This document shows, in pieces, positions 62,292-64,000 of a stretch of 64,000 bases of DNA (the first letter of the stretch is position 1; each line of letters opens with the position of its first letter). The DNA is taken from NCBI GenBank assembly GCA_047975265.1, contig JBKEDE010000042.1, positions 16,543 to 80,542 on the forward strand. Direction: 5' to 3'. Under the pieces are notes generated by a model that was given only the letters and a program-made list of their open reading frames with translations, was not told where the DNA came from and ran no database searches. The stretch is from Flavobacteriales bacterium (GTDB lineage: Bacteria; Bacteroidota; Bacteroidia; Flavobacteriales; UJ101). The translations under genes were made by a program, and so were the position numbers.

Positions 62292-62365
62292 GTTGATAAC
62301 TTTTTTCATTTTGCACCTTAAACACATTCTTATAATTTTGTTCATGTATAGTTTAAAAAAATATA

Positions 62366-62373
62366 TACTTTTG
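62366..62373 (+). promoter_or_regulatory. TAnnTTTG -7 box (TACTTTTG)
   Basis: Exact motif 18 nt upstream of the ATG at 62392. Confidence 0.45.
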
Positions 62374-62391
62374 TAAAAAGAATGCATCCGT

Positions 62392-63165
62392 ATGCTTTTT
62401 AAAATAAAAAGAAAGAAGAGATACACTTACATAGAAGAGGGCGAAGGGCATCCTATTGTATTGTTGTATGGGTTAATGGGAGGACTTAGTAATTTTAATG
62501 AAGTACTTGATTACTTCAGCAAGAGAGGATTCAGAATTATTATCCCTGAACTTCCTTTATATACTTCTACAATTTTGACCAATAAATTAAGCGTTTTTTC
62601 CAGATTTGTCAATAACTTTCTTAAAGCCTTGAATATAGAACATGCAACGCTCATTGGAAATTCATTGGGCGGTCATATTACTTTGATTACAGCTTTAAAA
62701 TATCCTGAAAAAGTACATTCTTTTGTTTTAACAGGCAGTTCAGGATTGTATGAAAAATCTTTTGGAGAATCTTTTCCTAAAATTAGTAATTATGAGTATG
62801 TTAAAAGAGGATGTCAAGGTGTTTTTTACAATCCCGACATAGCAACAAAAGAAGTGGTTGATGGTGTATATGCTACGTTAAATGATCGAGCAAAAGCCTT
62901 GAAAATCATCTATATTGCCCGTGCTGCAATGCGACATAATATGGCAAATGATTTAAAATACTTGAAACAACCTGCTTTAATTCTTTGGGGGAAACAAGAC
63001 CCGATTACTCCACCGGAAGTTGCTGAAGAATTTCATTCAAAATTACCCAACAGCGATTTGGTTTGGATTGATAAATGCGGGCATGCCCCTATGATGGAAC
63101 ATCCGGAATTGTTTATTCAGCATTTAGAAGAATGGCTTAATAAAACGGTAGTGAAAACAGTTTAA
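62392..63165 (+). CDS. Alpha/beta-fold hydrolase
   Basis: Nucleophile elbow GNSLGGH and a C-terminal catalytic His region ([10 protein letters not shown]). Confidence 0.8.
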   Translation: MLFKIKRKKRYTYIEEGEGHPIVLLYGLMGGLSNFNEVLDYFSKRGFRIIIPELPLYTSTILTNKLSVFSRFVNNFLKALNIEHATLIGNSLGGHITLITALKYPEKVHSFVLTGSSGLYEKSFGESFPKISNYEYVKRGCQGVFYNPDIATKEVVDGVYATLNDRAKALKIIYIARAAMRHNMANDLKYLKQPALILWGKQDPITPPEVAEEFHSKLPNSDLVWIDKCGHAPMMEHPELFIQHLEEWLNKTVVKTV

Positions 63166-63182
63166 TCAAAGTCTTGTTTTTT

Positions 63183-63797
63183 ATGGAAATACAAAAAGCA
63201 GAATTTATTATCAGCAACACTGATTATAAAAAATCTCCTGAACCCAATAAACCTGAATACGCTTTCATAGGAAGATCCAATGTTGGTAAATCTTCTTTAA
63301 TCAACATGTTAACCAATCAAAAAGGATTGGCTAAAATTTCAGGAACTCCGGGAAAAACACAATTAATCAATCATTTTTTAATTAACAATACTTGGTATTT
63401 AGTTGATTTACCAGGTTATGGCTATGCTAAAGTTTCTAAAAAAACACGCCAAAAGTTTAATACTATCAATACTCAATATATTTTAAACCGTTATAATCTT
63501 ATTAATCTTTTTGTTCTGGTTGATTCCCGCCATGAACCTCAAAAAATAGATTTGGAATTTATGACGTGGCTTGGCGAAAATGAAATACCTTTTTCTATTA
63601 TTTTTACCAAAATTGATAAACTCGGAAGCTCTTCCTTACAAAAAAATATCATCCAATATCAGAAAACACTTTTGAAACAATGGGAAGAAATGCCAAAATA
63701 TTTCACATCATCGACGACTTCAAAAGTGGGAAAGACAGAAATTCTAAATTATATAGAACTTATTAACGAGCAAGTTTCAGATCAGTTTAATATGTAA
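63183..63797 (+). CDS. engB: Ribosome biogenesis GTP-binding protein YihA/EngB (ATG at 63183 preferred over TTG at 63174)
   Basis: G1 [13 protein letters not shown]3 DLPGYG, G4 TKIDK. Confidence 0.9.
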   Translation: MEIQKAEFIISNTDYKKSPEPNKPEYAFIGRSNVGKSSLINMLTNQKGLAKISGTPGKTQLINHFLINNTWYLVDLPGYGYAKVSKKTRQKFNTINTQYILNRYNLINLFVLVDSRHEPQKIDLEFMTWLGENEIPFSIIFTKIDKLGSSSLQKNIIQYQKTLLKQWEEMPKYFTSSTTSKVGKTEILNYIELINEQVSDQFNM

Positions 63798-63810
63798 TTA
63801 AATACATTTT

Positions 63811-64000
63811 TCACCTCATTCCGGTTTTCGGTTTCTTTTTTCGTTTGCCCCACCAGATTAAAAAGCCTGTAATAGGCAATGATGTTGCTATAATACCGGC
63901 TAAGAAAGATGATAATTTACCTATTTGTCCCCACCATTGCCCCATGTGCAGTTGCCAAACTATATTTTGAACTTTTTTATTTTTTATGTATTTCTTATCT
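63811..64000 (-). CDS. PepSY-associated TM-helix protein, C-terminal fragment (5' end outside the window)
   Basis: The minus-strand frame is open to the window edge: ...WQLHMGQWWGQIGKLSSFLAGIIATSLPITGFLIWWGKRKKKPKTGMR*, the typical PepSY_TM C-terminus. Confidence 0.6.
   Translation of the reverse strand, partial: DKKYIKNKKVQNIVWQLHMGQWWGQIGKLSSFLAGIIATSLPITGFLIWWGKRKKKPKTGMR

Overview
The window is AT-rich (roughly 30% GC by eye), gene-dense chromosomal DNA. Gene content, TAnnTTTG promoter boxes and dcw/mre gene order point to a Bacteroidota, Flavobacteriales-type, organism. Most of it is core housekeeping. This includes ruvB, recA, bioA, tRNA-Leu(UAA), mutS, folK, sppA, mreBCD-mrdA-rodA, asd, gmk, leuS, pruA, rlmB and accD, plus a complete minus-strand dcw cluster (mraZ-rsmH-ftsL-ftsI-murE-mraY-murD-ftsW-murG-murC-ftsQ-ftsA-ftsZ). 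There are also two LytS-type kinase/LytTR regulator pairs and two OmpA-family genes. Accessory or unusual content falls into six groups. (1) An M.HhaI-like (predicted GCGC) C5-methyltransferase lies at the left edge, next to an endonuclease gene split by a frameshift, and GCGC appears strongly depleted across the window. (2) A 44-bp perfect inverted copy of an internal rodA segment sits in a non-coding spacer 14 kb from rodA. (3) A GC-enriched, hairpin-rich spacer with its own intrinsic terminator lies upstream of leuS. (4) A small probable insertion (SDR oxidoreductase plus a secreted hypothetical protein) carries a leader-ORF/terminator arrangement. (5) An internally deleted ISAs1 transposase relic lies next to polysaccharide genes. 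(6) A yqeY-like gene is frameshifted. I did not recognise a clear multi-gene novel system. The rodA antisense-copy element and the decaying restriction-modification (R-M) locus with its GCGC depletion are the items most worth follow-up.
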